Source of the DNA: Octopus bimaculoides
Taxonomy: Eukaryota
Reading direction: 5' to 3'
NCBI RefSeq assembly: GCF_001194135.2
Contig: NC_068990.1
Coordinates: 15,650,221-15,714,220, forward strand
Length of the DNA: 64,000 bases
Shown here: positions 24,113 to 37,704 of the stretch, piece after piece
Layout: the number at the start of each line of letters is the position of its first letter
Position numbering within the stretch: position 1 is the stretch's first letter
Program-made: the position numbers and the translations under genes
Notes under the pieces: model-generated
Database searches by the model: none
The model's input: only the letters and a program-made list of their open reading frames with translations
Told to the model about the DNA's origin: nothing

Positions 24113-24566
24113 GATGAGCTCCTTTCAGTTTCCATCTTTCAAATTCACTCACAAATTCACTGAGGTTATAGTGGAAGACATTTGCCCAAGGTGCCATTCA
24201 ACCATGTGATTGGTAAGCTGACTTCTTTCCACACAGCCACTTCTGTGCCTATTTTATCAACCTCAGAAATATAATAATCAAAGGTAACTCAGAACATAAA
24301 GAGTAGGCTTCAATTCCAACTTTTATCTTTTACTTGTTTCAGTCATTAGACTGTGGTCATGCTGGAGCACCACCTTGAAGAATTTTAGTCAAATGAATCG
24401 ATCCCAGTACTTATTTTTTTTAAGCCTGGTACCTATTCTATCATTCTTTTTTGCCAGACTGCTAAGTTACGAGGACATAAACACACCAACACCAGTTGTT
24501 AAGTAGTGGAATGAAGACAAACACAGACACAATGACACACATACGCACAAATACATATATATCTAT

Positions 24567-24599
<33 letters not shown>

Positions 24600-25743
24600 C
24601 ATGCATACAAACATACACACACATATATATATCTTTATATGTGTATAAATTGAGGATATAATCATTAAAATGATTATACCAGTGGCCAGTGTATAAAAAA
24701 CAGCATAGCCGTAAAATTACTATGTAAGTATCATCATCGTCATCATCATCATCATTGGCGTTTAGCGTCCATTTTCCATGCTGGCATGGGTTGGACGGTT
24801 TGACTGAGGTCTGGAGAGCCAGTGGCTGCACCTGGCTCCAATCTGATCTGGCAATGTTTCTACAGCTGGATGCCTTTCCTAATGCCAACCATTCCAAGAG
24901 TGTAGTGGGTGCACATTTGGATAGTGCTATTTATATGCCACTGGCATGGGAGCCAGTCAGGGGGTACTGGCATCGGACACGTTCAGATGGTGCTTTTTAT
25001 GTGCCACCGGCACAGGGCCCAATCAGGCAGGCTTGGCATCAGTCATGTTCGGATAGTATATAATTATAAATATATAATTATAATTAAGGGTGCTGGAGGG
25101 ACAACACCAAAATGCTAGAAGCAGATATCAAATGTCTATAAACCACTCTAAATTTGTTCTCCTTTTTTGCAAAAGGCTGAATGCAAAGAAATGGGCTAGA
25201 AGAGCATATTGGCATTGTCCCTCCAGCGCCCTTAATTATAATCATATATTTATTATTTTATACTATTATATACTCTGAACCAAAATAAGGGATTTGCAGC
25301 ATATTAGGAGGTCCATGCAAAAAATCCAAGTTTTTGTTTTCTTAGTGAAAATCATGCAGGTGTTAATATAGAAATTTACCATAATTTTGTTGTTATTTCG
25401 CCTCAAATCAACCCTGATACAGCAAACCTATCATCAAAGACATTCCAGCCTTCAGCAAACCATCTTTTTAGGGATAATCTAGGACATTACATACAATGGG
25501 CGTGTGATTTAGGTAGGGGGATACTTTGGCTGCTATTTTTAACGTGTTGAGTGACCAGATAGAGGCTCTTTCATTGGTTTGATTGCATGATGAGATTTTT
25601 TTACACATATATATATATATATATATATCATCGGCAGAAGTTAGAGAGTAAGTCAAAAGCTGAGAGCTTCGTGTATTGGCACTTATCAAACACGAATTTG
25701 GCCATTGTCACTCTGTAACTTCTGCCTATTATTAATGTGTGCA

Positions 25744-25900
<157 letters not shown>

Positions 25901-26022
25901 GAACACATTCTCATATATGTTGCTATAACAACATCTCTGGTTATTAAAGAAGGGTTTTGTTAGGGGGAGATTTTTAGTTTAAATTTTTCTGTTGACAGAG
26001 ACTCATCGTTTTGTCAATGGAC

Positions 26023-26030
26023 CCGGAAGT
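26023..26030 (+). promoter_or_regulatory. ETS/GABP-type motif (second copy at 27585-27592)
   Basis: CCGGAAGT twice in the CpG-rich zone flanking mago exon 1; a short motif, so weak evidence. Confidence 0.3.
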
Positions 26031-26457
26031 TGTTGTTCGCAAACAGCAGCAGTAATTTTCTCCAGCTGAATACACGTCATTGATTGGTTAAAATTACCCA
26101 AATACAACAACTTTAACACGCAATAACTTCTAAAATACAAAATTTTGTCAAAAACATTACGAGTAAACCCTGTTCTACGTGACACATTCTACCAGTATCT
26201 GAAGTTTCAAAGTGTTTAGTTAAAAAAAAATTAATTCAAAAATCTGTCCGTCAAATTGAATAGATCCAATTTTTGCGAATTTGTATTCTACACATGGGAA
26301 TTCATATGATCATGCAAACACCAAAACCAAAAATTTGGGTGTGCGTGAGTCAAGGCCTATTTAGCTGTTATTTTTAGCACACCTCTCCACCACCTCGATA
26401 GGTGGAATATATTTGTAAGTACGAGCTTTCTCGCAAAGAAGTTCTCATGCTTGGTTT

Positions 26458-26471
26458 GTTACTATGGAAAC
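26458..26471. promoter_or_regulatory. RFX X-box motif
   Basis: GTTACTATGGAAAC matches the X-box consensus GTTRCYATGGNAAC; about 420 nt upstream of the mago ATG. Confidence 0.45.
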
Positions 26472-26888
26472 AAGCATGAATGAGTCTGTGGCTTACGATA
26501 GGCTAAGATTACCAAAAATATTCAAACTTTAAAAGCTATTAACTTCTTATTTATTGATTTATTGCGAAAATGAATTTCATGGCATTGATCAGCATATAAA
26601 ACTACATCGTTACACAGAAAATGAAATGAATTCGAACAGAAATTGAAGAAATGGATAATTGACGGCCAAAGAGAAAAGATCTTGGTTTTCATCTTGAATC
26701 TATTCGACGAAGGTTGATTTAAGCTAAAGAACAACAGTTCACAAAATTTTCTTTTTATTAACAAGAAATAAAAAGAATTAAATCTAAAAGTGCTCTTCAA
26801 ATTAATATCAAGGAAAGATAACTGTACTACAATCCTTACCGGTGTTGATTACCTCCCTTCTGCCTACTATTCGACCGCCATTTACAAC

Positions 26889-26982
26889 ATGGGCTCCAGT
26901 TCGGACTTTTACTTACGTTATTATGTTGGACATAAAGGGAAATTTGGGCATGAATTTTTGGAATTTGAATTCCGACCCGATG
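26889..26982 (+). CDS. MAGOH: mago exon 1
   Basis: acaacATGg start; [31 protein letters not shown]+G|gtaaat. Confidence 0.97.
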
Positions 26983-29900
26983 GTAAATAACCCTAGACAA
27001 CTAATCATACTTTGTTTGTTAAGTAATTCTTTTGTTTCTTTCTCTCTTAGTGAAATCATTTGCAAATTAGTTTCAAACTTATAAAGACCTCTCTCTCTCT
27101 CTCTATCTATATATATATAGAGAGAGAGAGAGAGAGACCTGTTCTATTTTGTTATTTTTCTTGAGATTTATGAGTACCGTTGAAATCTAGTTATCTATGA
27201 TCCTGTTTAGAATGTTATTAAATTTAACTGATCTTATATTTGAGGAGAAAAGAAAAGCTTACCCGGCGAACCTTATGTCTGTAGGCCATTTCTCTTCACT
27301 GTATATCACTAATTTATTGAAGAGTGCTTCCTCGCGGTCGCTCGACATAGTCACTAAATCTTAAATCAAACCATATATTCAGCATAAACAAAATCAAAAA
27401 CTGTAGAAACCTTTAAAAATATGGAATGTTCTTGGTTGAGATGCTTTTGGTCACAGGTTTGTTTAATCGAGATTAATCTGGGGCTAAATAAGAGAATATA
27501 ATTTAATATATTTTGTATTCAACTGTAATGTGAAGTTATCTGAGACGTCAATTATAGTATTGCCGGGTTCAATTCTTGGCCGGACCGGAAGTAGCAAAAA
27601 GCAATAAAATATTTTAAGAGTTTATTTATTCGTCTAAAAACTTATCAATCACAGAACATCCATCCATCAATAAATCAATCAATCTATAAATGCATATTTT
27701 CTGTGAAACTTTACAGAGATACATTTTAGATGATGTAGATAATGATTATATGGGTGGAAATGTTAAGAAATTGTTTTTTTTTATGAAGGATCGTTTCCCT
27801 GCCTCTCATCACACTTTGTTAAAATGCATATTTGTCAATGAAACTTTCCAGAGATATGTGGTACTACTAAAGCAGCGCGGACCCGAACGCGCAGTCGCGC
27901 GTCCGCGCTAGCTAGTCGTGAGTGGTCGATCCTAACCCTAACCCTAAACACGTATTCATTTGCACACGCGGGTTAGGGTTAGGGACAGGGTTAGGGTTAG
28001 GATCGACCACTCAAGACTAGNNNNNNNNNNNNNNNNNNNNNNNNNNNNNNNNNNNNNNNNNNNNNNNNNNNNNNNNNNNNNNNNNNNNNNNNNNNNNNNN
28101 NNNNNNNNNNNNNNNNNNNNNNNNNNNNNNNNNNNNNNNNNNNNNNNNNNNNNNNNNNNNNNNNNNNNNNNNNNNNNNNNNNNNNNNNNNNNNNNNNNNN
28201 NNNNNNNNNNNNNNNNNNNNNNNNNNNNNNNNNNNNNNNNNNNNNNNNNNNNNNNNNNNNNNNNNNNNNNNNNNNNNNNNNNNNNNNNNNNNNNNNNNNN
28301 NNNNNNNNNNNNNNNNNNNNNNNNNNNNNNNNNNNNNNNNNNNNNNNNNNNNNNNNNNNNNNNNNNNNNNNNNNNNNNNNNNNNNNNNNNNNNNNNNNNN
28401 NNNNNNNNNNNNNNNNNNNNNNNNNNNNNNNNNNNNNNNNNNNNNNNNNNNNNNNNNNNNNNNNNNNNNNNNNNNNNNNNNNNNNNNNNNNNNNNNNNNN
28501 NNNNNNNNNNNNNNNNNNNNNNNNNNNNNNNNNNNNNNNNNNNNNNNNNNNNNNNNNNNNNNNNNNNNNNTGTTAAATTACCTACAATGCAGATGCAGAC
28601 ATAACTGTTTGGTTAAGAAGCTTGTATTGCAACCATGTGACCTGTTTGAACATAAAATGAGCTGAATATTTGGGCTGGATGTGGCCAGTTTAAATGCTAA
28701 TGGGTTAAAGCGGTGCTCCACAACCGGTGTGCCACAAGACGATGCTAGGTGTGCCACAGTGTAACCTGAATATGATTTTTTCCCCATACTTCTAGTTATA
28801 TTTTTAGTTCAGGTGTGCTGCTGAGTTTTGAAAAGAATATAAGTGTACTATCATCATCATCGTTTAACGTCCGTTTTCCATGCTGGCATGGGTTGGGTGG
28901 TTGGTTAGACTGAGGTCTGGAGAACCAGCGGCTGCACCAGGCTCCAATCTGATTTGGCAGTCTGATCTGTTCTTCCTAACACCTACTACTCTGAGAGTGT
29001 AGTGGGTGCTTTTTACGTGTCCCCAGCCAGGCGGGCCTGGCATCGATCACGTTAGGATGGCACTTTTTACGTGCCACAGGCACAAGAGCTAGTCAGTGGG
29101 TATTGGCATTGGCCATGATCGGTTGGTGCTTTTTATGTGCCATTGGCATGGGAGCCATTCAGGCGGACCTGGCATCAACCACATTCAGATGGTGCCTTTA
29201 TGTGCCACTGGCACGAGAGCCAGTGTGGCGGACCTGGCATCAACTGCAAGTGAAAAAAGTCTGCAGAGCACTGGATTAAAGGGAGAGACGACTCCCTGGA
29301 CCATGGCTTCTCTGGAGCAGTTAAGTTATTGGAACAATTGCTAGAGAAAGTGATATAAAGAAGAAAGTGAAAACTGAAATGCACTTTGGATTTACGTCAG
29401 GGAGAGGAATGGAGGTGGTCACAGGAGAAGAATAGGGACATAAGAAAGATGTTGTTTTGGGGGTCTGTTGACCTGGAGAAAGTACACAAGACACGTTTGG
29501 TTGGGAGTATTTATTTACAGCTGACAATTCACTCTCAGTTTCTTGATGTGTGATAAAACCAACACAAGTATGTGAGCAACCCAGAGTTGTGATAAACTGA
29601 GTTATTAGTTTCAAACAAATGAATCTACATGCATACAGCCATCTATCCATTAATCAATCAATCAATCATTCATTCAGTCATTCATCAGCAACATCATCTT
29701 TCAATGCTTGCATGGATCAAACAAGATTATGTTGGAACTGAGTTTTCTTTGCTGAGACACACCCCTCCTGACACCACCTCTCACCTGTTTCCAAACAAAG
29801 TAAGAATCCCGTTGCCCATTGGATGATGAGCAACCCAGATATGCTTTTGTTGTAGACTGCAAGTAGATGGCATCCTCTGTAAACAACAGTGAAGCTATTG

Positions 29901-32900
29901 TTTACAGTGAACTTAGAAACAAATAAAGACAAGAAGTAATATGAACACACACACACACACACACACACACATAACGGGCTTCTTCAGTTTCCATCTACCA
30001 AGATATTGACCCATGGGTATCATATAGGACACAAGCCAGTGGTGTCCATGGAATAGAACTGAACCTAAAACCATGTGGTTCTGAGGTGAACTTCTTAACC
30101 ACACAATCATGGCTGTACCTGTGTGTGTATACACACACACACACATATATTGTTCTGTGATATTTCTCTTACTTTTCTCTACCTAAACAAAGACTAACCA
30201 TTTATTTAAACATTTCTATTTTCAGGTAAACTGCGCTATGCCAACAACTCCAATTACAAAAATGATACTATGATTAGGAAAGAAGTAAGTACACTAAATC
30301 ATTAAAAATGTCTGGAATAATCAATACAGTGTGGGTTAGCAGTGAATCTGTATACACACAGCCATATCCTTAGGTGTATTTAGACTCCCTGTGAAATTAG
30401 GTCCGTAAAAGATTTGGTGTGGGGTGGGATGCAGTTAAGGATGAGGGTCAAACTAGCCAGTTTTATTTAACAATTCATCAAGATTCACTCATCTCTCCTG
30501 CCAAAGATGTCCTGGGTTCAATTTCACACTGGTATTACATGTTTTACTCCAATTATATTTATTTGTTCAAAACCCATGTAAATTATTTCTGAGCTGTCCA
30601 ACTTCTTTCCATTATGTAAATGAGTTGTGCTTAGCATGGTTTTCTTTGCATATTTAATTAATCTCCATCCACTACTTAATCTCAGGTTTGGTGAATTAAT
30701 CCTGATAAGTTCAATATCATGAAATAAATCATTTCAAACTTCCTAAGCTACTGGTGAGGCCCTTATGAGGCCAAGAATTCACAAGGAGACTAAATATATA
30801 TGGATAGAACTTTGTTTATTGTTAAATTATCATATGTATTGTCTTATTAGCTTTGACCCCCTACTTTTTGTTGTGAAGAAATCTTAATCCTTCTTTAAGT
30901 TGTTTCAGGGTTATGTGGAATTATTCATTATCAGCTGATCTGTATTGTAATTGATTCCTTGCTGTTTAAAAGAGTAGAGATTTCTGTGAAAATGTTCTAC
31001 TGCTCATCTAGATAGGTTGGAGGACTGCATCTCCATCACAAGTTTTATTTTGGGCTTTGTTTCTCCAGTTAGATGCCTTTCCTAATGCCAACTGCTTTAT
31101 AGGGGGTATTGGGTATTGTTTTTCTTGGCATTGTCACCAGGGAATTGTCATCTCCTCAACAAGACTAAAAGACCCACTTGGCCTTAAACTTCACAGAGTG
31201 TGCTGGGGTCATTTTAATTTTTCATGACACCAGCACTACAGAGGTAGATATGTCTAGTCTGTTCTTGAACCAAACTCCTTTCTTCAATGAATGATAAGGG
31301 TATTCAATATTCTGAAACAAGTGTGTATCATGTAGGTGGTGTGAGCAAGAGGATAGAATGATTTAGGAGATGGTGAGAACAGAAGTAGAATCATGATGTG
31401 TGGGTGAAAAGGAGCAAGAGGAAGGGGTGGGAGATATTTTGGCATTACCTAGTTGACATCACTGTTCTGATGTTGACTTATTTGACATCAGATTTTTTAA
31501 TCTTTCACTGTCTCTCTGTTTACATGTGTGAGCATCTAGTTATGTTTGTATATATGTGTAATCTCTCTCTCTCTATCTATCTGTCTGTGTGTTTGCTTCC
31601 AGTGCCAAAATGTACTGTCATCAAAATAGATTGAATGTCCAATCAGGCTGTGCTAAGTTGCCTGCGTCCAAACAGCTGCATCCATTTATTTCATTTTGTG
31701 ATAGAGGATAAAGTGAAGGAGAGGACAGAGGGAGGGCCAGGATCATCATCGTTGTTTAACGTCTGCTTTCCATGCTGGCATGAGTTGGACGGTTTGACTG
31801 AGGACTGACAAGCCAGAAGGCTGTACCAGGCTCCAATCGGATCTGGCAAAGTTTTTGCAGCTGGATACCCTTCCTATTGCCAACCACTCCAAGAGTGCAG
31901 TGGGTGCTTTTTACATGTAAACACAAACATAAGTGGACAGAGACAAAAACTACACACACACACATGCTTTTGTTAGTGTGTGTGTATAGACCTTTGTCTT
32001 AGTTGGTTAACTTGAAACTACAACATAATCTGCCACACAGTGTAATTGAACCAAGAACTATGTTGTTGCAAAACAAACTTCTTAACCACAAAGATTTGGA
32101 TAAATTTTAAAACAAATTTTCTTTTACAATGATATATTGCAGTTCGTACCTACATGTTTCAATGTTTTTCTCTCTCTTTTTCTGTAATTTACATCACTGA
32201 TATTCAGTGACTTCAGAATAATTTTACTGATTTATCAAAAAAATGTAAAAGTTTATGTAAATTTTTGTTTTTGTTTATTATTTAGGCTTACGTACATAAG
32301 TCAGTGATGGAAGAATTAAAAAGAATTATTGAAGATTCTGAAGTAATGCGTGAAGATGATGAATTGTGGCCCTCACCAGACAGGGTTGGCCGACAGGTGT
32401 GTCCTTTTAAGAAATCAGCCATCCCTCTTCTTGACTCCATTTCACATTGTGTGGGACTTCTAAGTACATTAGCTGAATCAGCCCTTCCTCTTTTCTACTG
32501 CATTCAGTATTGTATCATTGTCAAGGACTTTAAAATGAAAGTCTTTCACCTCAGAATATGTCAAAGATATTTAAAACTTTTGTGTTTGTTTATTTTAAGT
32601 CCATTTTTTTATGCAAGCATGGATCCAGTGAATGTATACCGAGGTAATGTTTTACAACTGGATGCTCTTGCTGTCACTAACCCTTATCTATTTTTCAAGT
32701 AAGGGTTTTTTTTTTTAAAGTTTTTTTTTAATTCAAATGACTTCAAAAGGACAGAGTTGCAGAATGATTTGTTTGCAGCTAACACCAACAAACATTACTG
32801 TGTTTAACTCTGCACCCTTCATGTTATGAAGCAGAATGTAAGCACACCACAATACCCATGTCCATGGATGTGTGTGTGTGTAATGGACTTTGTATAGTTT

Positions 32901-34678
32901 CTGTTTACCAAATTCACTCACAAAGCATAGATGATCCAGGGTGCTGCACAGTGGGACTGATGCTAAAACCATTTTTAAAAATCGTTCTTATTACATATGA
33001 AACAATATATATATATATATATATATATATCAATTTGATTTGTTCTCAGTTGAAAGACACCTATTGTTATTTCTTTTTGTTTGTATTCATAATTGTGTAC
33101 CATGTTCTCTGCTTTTTTGTTTTTGTTGTCATACACATTCACTAGCTTTCTTACAACGGGGTCTAATGTTCTTCGCTTAGACTTTTGGGGGGCAACCAGA
33201 TTGAACCATCTGCCTGTCCTTCTAATTGTTGTTTCTCTTGTCTGCCTTTGTATCGCCTATCTGTCCGAATGTTTTTATTGTCCTCTATTGTGTTTCTGTT
33301 CCATTTATTTATTTATATATATATAATGTGCAAGCATGGCTGTGCATTTAAGCAGTTTACTTTCCAACCACACAATTTCATGTTTAGTCCCCCTGTGGGG
33401 CACCTGGGATGTCCTCTGCTACAGCCCTGGGCCAACCAAAGCCGTTTGATGGATTTAATTGATGGAAATTAAAAGAAGTCCATCGTATATATGTATATTT
33501 GTGTGTTTTATGTCACCTTGTCTGGACATCACATCAGTCATAATCAAACATCACTATCATACAAGTTTTGTCTCTCGTTTCCACTTCTTTGAGAATATAT
33601 CTGGCCATAGATAACCAGGACCCATGCAAGAACAGAAAAGTGGATGCTAAAGTAATGATGATGGTGTATGTATAAAAACAGGATCTTTAATGTATGTAAA
33701 ACACATACTCATATTTTAATCTTTTACATTTAATCTTTTTCTCTTTTTTTAAAGGAACTTGAGATTGTCATTGGCGATGAGCATATATCATTTACAACTT
33801 CTAAAATTGGTTCCTTAGTTGATGTTAACCAAAGCAAGTAGGTTCACTTTATTAAAATCTACTTTATGTCTAATCATTTAATAATTATTAGCAACAGAAA
33901 TATTATTACTACCAAAAGGTAATCTGCATATCCAAATTAACATAGGTGCCCCTGTTAGAATACTGAAAACTGCATTATTAGCTTTGAAAGATCCTTTCTT
34001 ATATGCACTTGGTGCATCTACCAAACGCTTAAAATAGAGAACCTCTCAAGGCTAACAATGCAGTATTTGTTTGGTGTTCTAACAGGAGCATCCATGTCAA
34101 GTTGGAAATAAAGATTAGCTGATCATTTTTATTGTTTTTCATTCTTTAATTTTATTATTCCATACCAATCCTCTTTTGTTCCTTAAGGGTTTGCTCTGGC
34201 ACCCTATCACAACCATCTTCTTTATCTTCATGCCAATTACTACTTCTTACCCTTATATAATGCAAGGTAGCCGGGTATCTCTTCTACTGCGAGACACCTG
34301 TGCTTGTCCCTCTGTCATATTTTAATCCCCAAACACTTGGCTAAAAGCCACCTCAAATTTTGATGGAAGGTTTTTAATTTAGATCATTTTAAAATAAAAA
34401 GTTTGTATCATTGAACCTGGGGTGGTCTCAGGCAGGTTGGTATCATAAGGGTTAAGATGCCATCTTCTTTATACTTATACCAGGACATAAATAAAAAGAC
34501 TACACAGATAATTGGGACTTGTTTTATTTAGTAAACATCATTGATTTTCTAAATTAAATGTGTTCTTTTTCTTTGCAGGGATCCTGAGGGACTGCGAATA
34601 TTTTACTACTTGGTCCAAGATCTGAAGTGTCTCGTCTTTTCTCTCATTGGACTCCATTTCAAGATTAAACCCATCTAA
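26889..34678 (+). CDS. MAGOH: Protein mago nashi homolog (exon junction complex core), complete; join 26889-26982,30226-30284,32286-32396,33755-33837,34579-34678 (447 nt, 148 aa)
   Basis: Translation [51 protein letters not shown]...[11 protein letters not shown] is near-identical to the highly conserved mago family; all junctions are GT-AG. Confidence 0.98.
27861..28020. repeat. GC-rich inverted repeat with CCCTAA/TTAGGG core, abutting a gap
   Basis: 34-bp arms 27912-27945 and 27987-28020 (one mismatch) contain telomere-type hexamers; preceded by a hairpin agcgcggac/gtccgcgct. Confidence 0.9.
28021..28570. other. Assembly gap (others at 12597-12850, 22970-22989, 44119-44128, 50827-51077, 55785-55823, 63366-63375)
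   Basis: Runs of N. Confidence 1.
30226..30284 (+). CDS. MAGOH: mago exon 2
   Basis: ttttcag|59 nt|gtaagt; [19 protein letters not shown]. Confidence 0.97.
30450..30790 (-). mobile_element. Old CR1/L2-like RT remnant (possible)
   Basis: Traces resembling PQGS.LG..F..DI, YA(DD) and KDLG motifs with multiple disablements. Confidence 0.25.
32286..32396 (+). CDS. MAGOH: mago exon 3
   Basis: tttag|111 nt|gtgtgt; [37 protein letters not shown]. Confidence 0.97.
33755..33837 (+). CDS. MAGOH: mago exon 4
   Basis: tttaaag|83 nt|gtaggt; [27 protein letters not shown]. Confidence 0.97.
33941..34096. mobile_element. Small inverted-repeat element (MITE-like); a half copy lies at ~23523-23600
   Basis: cataggtgcccctgttagaa..ctgcattattagc pairs imperfectly with gctaacaatgcag..ttctaacaggagcatccatg. 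Confidence 0.6.
34579..34678 (+). CDS. MAGOH: mago exon 5 (stop)
   Basis: ctttgcag|; [35 protein letters not shown]. Confidence 0.97.
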
Positions 34679-37136
34679 CATCACCACCACTATGGAACCA
34701 AACCATTTTTGTCATGTAAAATAATTTCACTTCTCATTTTCTGAACAATTTTGCATTAATTTTTAATATTAAATATTATATATTAGCCAGGAACAAACTT
34801 CTAATTTCTTTTTTAATTATTTGACATATATGATTGATTTGTTTTAACTTTAATATTTTTATGTATTCTTCTATTGATCAGTCTTTGGACTGTGGCCATG
34901 CTGTTGCTTTCAAAGGTTCCTGTCAGTCATATTAACCTCAATACTTGTTTTATTTAACTGCAAAGTTATGGAATCTAAATGAGTGCAACACAATGCAAAC
35001 AAAACCTAAACATAGGTGCAAGTGTGGCTGTGTGGTAAGGAATTTACTACTCAATGGTCCATAAAATGGTAGAAGTACTGAATTCAAAAAGGTGGCCAGT
35101 TGTTTTTGGAAAGTGAGTGGATAATCTTGTGGGCTTCTATCAAGTCAGCTGCTTGATGTCAAAACTTTAATATGTCAATCATCATCATCGTTTAACATCC
35201 GTTTTCCATGCTGGCATAGTTTGGACGGTTTGACTGAGGTCTGGAAAGCCAGAAGGCTGCACCAGGTTCCAATCTGATCAGGCAATGGTCCTACAGCTGG
35301 GTGCCCTTCCTAACGCCAACCACTCAGAGAGTGTAGTGGGTGCTTTTTATGTGCCACAGGCAAGCCTGGCATTGATCACGTTCAAATAATGCTTTTTACA
35401 TGCCACCAGCATGGGGGCCAGTCAGGGGGTACTGCATTGGCTACGTTCGGATGGTGCTTTTTACATGCCAGCAGCTTGGGAGCCAGTCAGTGGGTACTGA
35501 CATCGGCCACATTCAGATGGTGCTTTTTACGTGCCACTGGCACGAGAGTCAGTCCAGAGGGGTAGCACCTTACTTGGTTTGCCTTCAAAAGCACAAAGCC
35601 AACAAATGATTTGTTGACAGGAAAAACAACAACATCACTGCTTGTAGCTCCTGATTTTTTAAGAAGCCAAATGAAAATAGTCACACAAACATGTTATATT
35701 CATACACAACAAACTTCTCAGTTTCTGTCTACCAAATCTAATCACAGGGCTTTGGTCAACCTGGGACAGTAGTAGAAGACAATTCCTTGTGGTGCCATGG
35801 GACTGAACTTGAAACTATGTGGTTGTGAAGGCAACTTCTTCACTGAACAACCAAACCTGGGTGCATAAGATAGAGAAGCACTTTGGTCATAGACACAACT
35901 GTTTTGTTTGTGTGATCAAAGCTATTTAATTCCATGGTTGAGCTTACTTAAAGGGACCATAGGATGATGAGATAACTCAGTAATGTAAAGAGTGTTTCAT
36001 TACTTTGATGAGCTCAATTCAAATCACTCCTAATGAATGGGAGAGATTTGATTTCCTTAGAAGTTCAGTATTGAAACAGAAACCTGCCCCATGACAAGTT
36101 GTATCAAGGCTTTGTGTGTCACATGGAACTCATAGAACCAGCATCCTCGTAATTTTAGTGTTCACTTTTCCATGCTTGCTTGGGGCAGATAGAGTTTATT
36201 AAAGTAATTTTCTTATGGCCGGATATCATTCCTGTTGCAGATCCCTCATCTGTTTCTCATTTCCAAATGGCCAGACATATTTTTGCAGAATATTGAAAAT
36301 GAACGACACTTGTTTACAACTATCAGACAATGTTAAGACAAGGACAGGCTTCTTTCAGATTCTGCCTACCGAATCTGCTCATAAGGCTTCGATCAGCTGG
36401 GGTTACAGTAGAGGACACTTGCCTATAGGACTGAACTAAAAAAGCATGTAGTTGGGAAGCAAAGTTCTTCACCAAACAGTTCTGCCTGTAAATGGAGAGA
36501 AACAGAAGCACAAACGAAACCTGAATAATCGTGCAAACACAAGGATGAAAGTGTTGAAGGATTTTCTTTTGTAATGTCTGAAAAGAAAACAGGTTAAATA
36601 TTCAACAGCAGAAAGGCAAAACAAAAAACGAACAATAACAATGTAAAAGTAGTTTTTCCATAAGAATTTATTTCAATATAAGACCAGTTGGTGATATTTA
36701 ATTATATTACTGATAGTTTTGTACGATTCTTAGAGAAATTCTAAAAGAAATCTCTAAGGTAACAAAGGGGCATAGTAGGCCAGCTGAAAAGTGACCCAGA
36801 GCCATCATCATCATCACCATAATTAATCATAATCATTGTGTTTTATGTACATAGAGTTGGTGTCGGCATTAAAACTGCCGAGCCAAACGTTAGCAACAAC
36901 AGAAGCGCAATTAGCAGCAGATAACGAGAATCAAATAGAAAATTGTGTTGAAATGTTTTAGTTGAGGTGAGCAAAGCTGGTTGGTGAAGAATGAAATCTG
37001 TTTTATTCCAATTAACACAAAGAAATATAGCAAATATTTCCAATACAAAAGGACAGGATACAGCAGACAATTTATATTCTACATGGCATTTAGTTAGTAT
37101 ACTATTCTCTTGCTGTCTATAATATAAACTTTAAAA

Positions 37137-37704
37137 CTGGAGTTGGCAAAGTAGTCAATATTGGCCCCCAGGTGTGTATGTGGCTAGTCATGGGGTTGAT
37201 AAACACCTGAAATGATTTTGAGCATCAACCCTTTAGTGTTCAAATTATTCTGTCAAATGTAATGTTTATTTATTCACATTGTTTTGAATTAATCCTGCAT
37301 TATTTTGTAGCTTAGATATTTCAATGATGTGATTATTGTTAGAATGACATTGCAAGTAGGTGTGATAGGCCAGATCTGGCCAATTTGAACATAAAATGGG
37401 TAAAATATTTGGGCCAAATTAAAAGCTAAAGGTTAAGGATATTGAATTATGAACAAACTGAATCTGGAATAGTGTGGATAATTTAAGGCTGAAACTCACT
37501 AATTTCCAATCAAATATCGATGTAATAACTAGTATTCACTGAACACATATTTCATATTAAATATTTCAATTATATCAATACAATATCCCTGAATTTTTAT
37601 TGTTCTTTATCAGTTTCATTAAATTTCTTTAAATTAATTTTTATTTTGTAAATTTACATTTGGGAGTTGATAACCTATCATTGATATAAGTTTGCCAACC
37701 CCTG
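37137..37704. mobile_element. hAT MITE carrying a nested TTAA MITE (37225-37436)
   Basis: Ends ctggagttggcaaag / gtttgccaacccctg; flanks ctttaaaa and cttcaaaa (8-bp TSD, one mismatch). Confidence 0.7.

Noticed and set aside
27085-27140. (CT)n-(TA)n-(AG)n self-complementary tract
   Set aside because: Ordinary compound microsatellite
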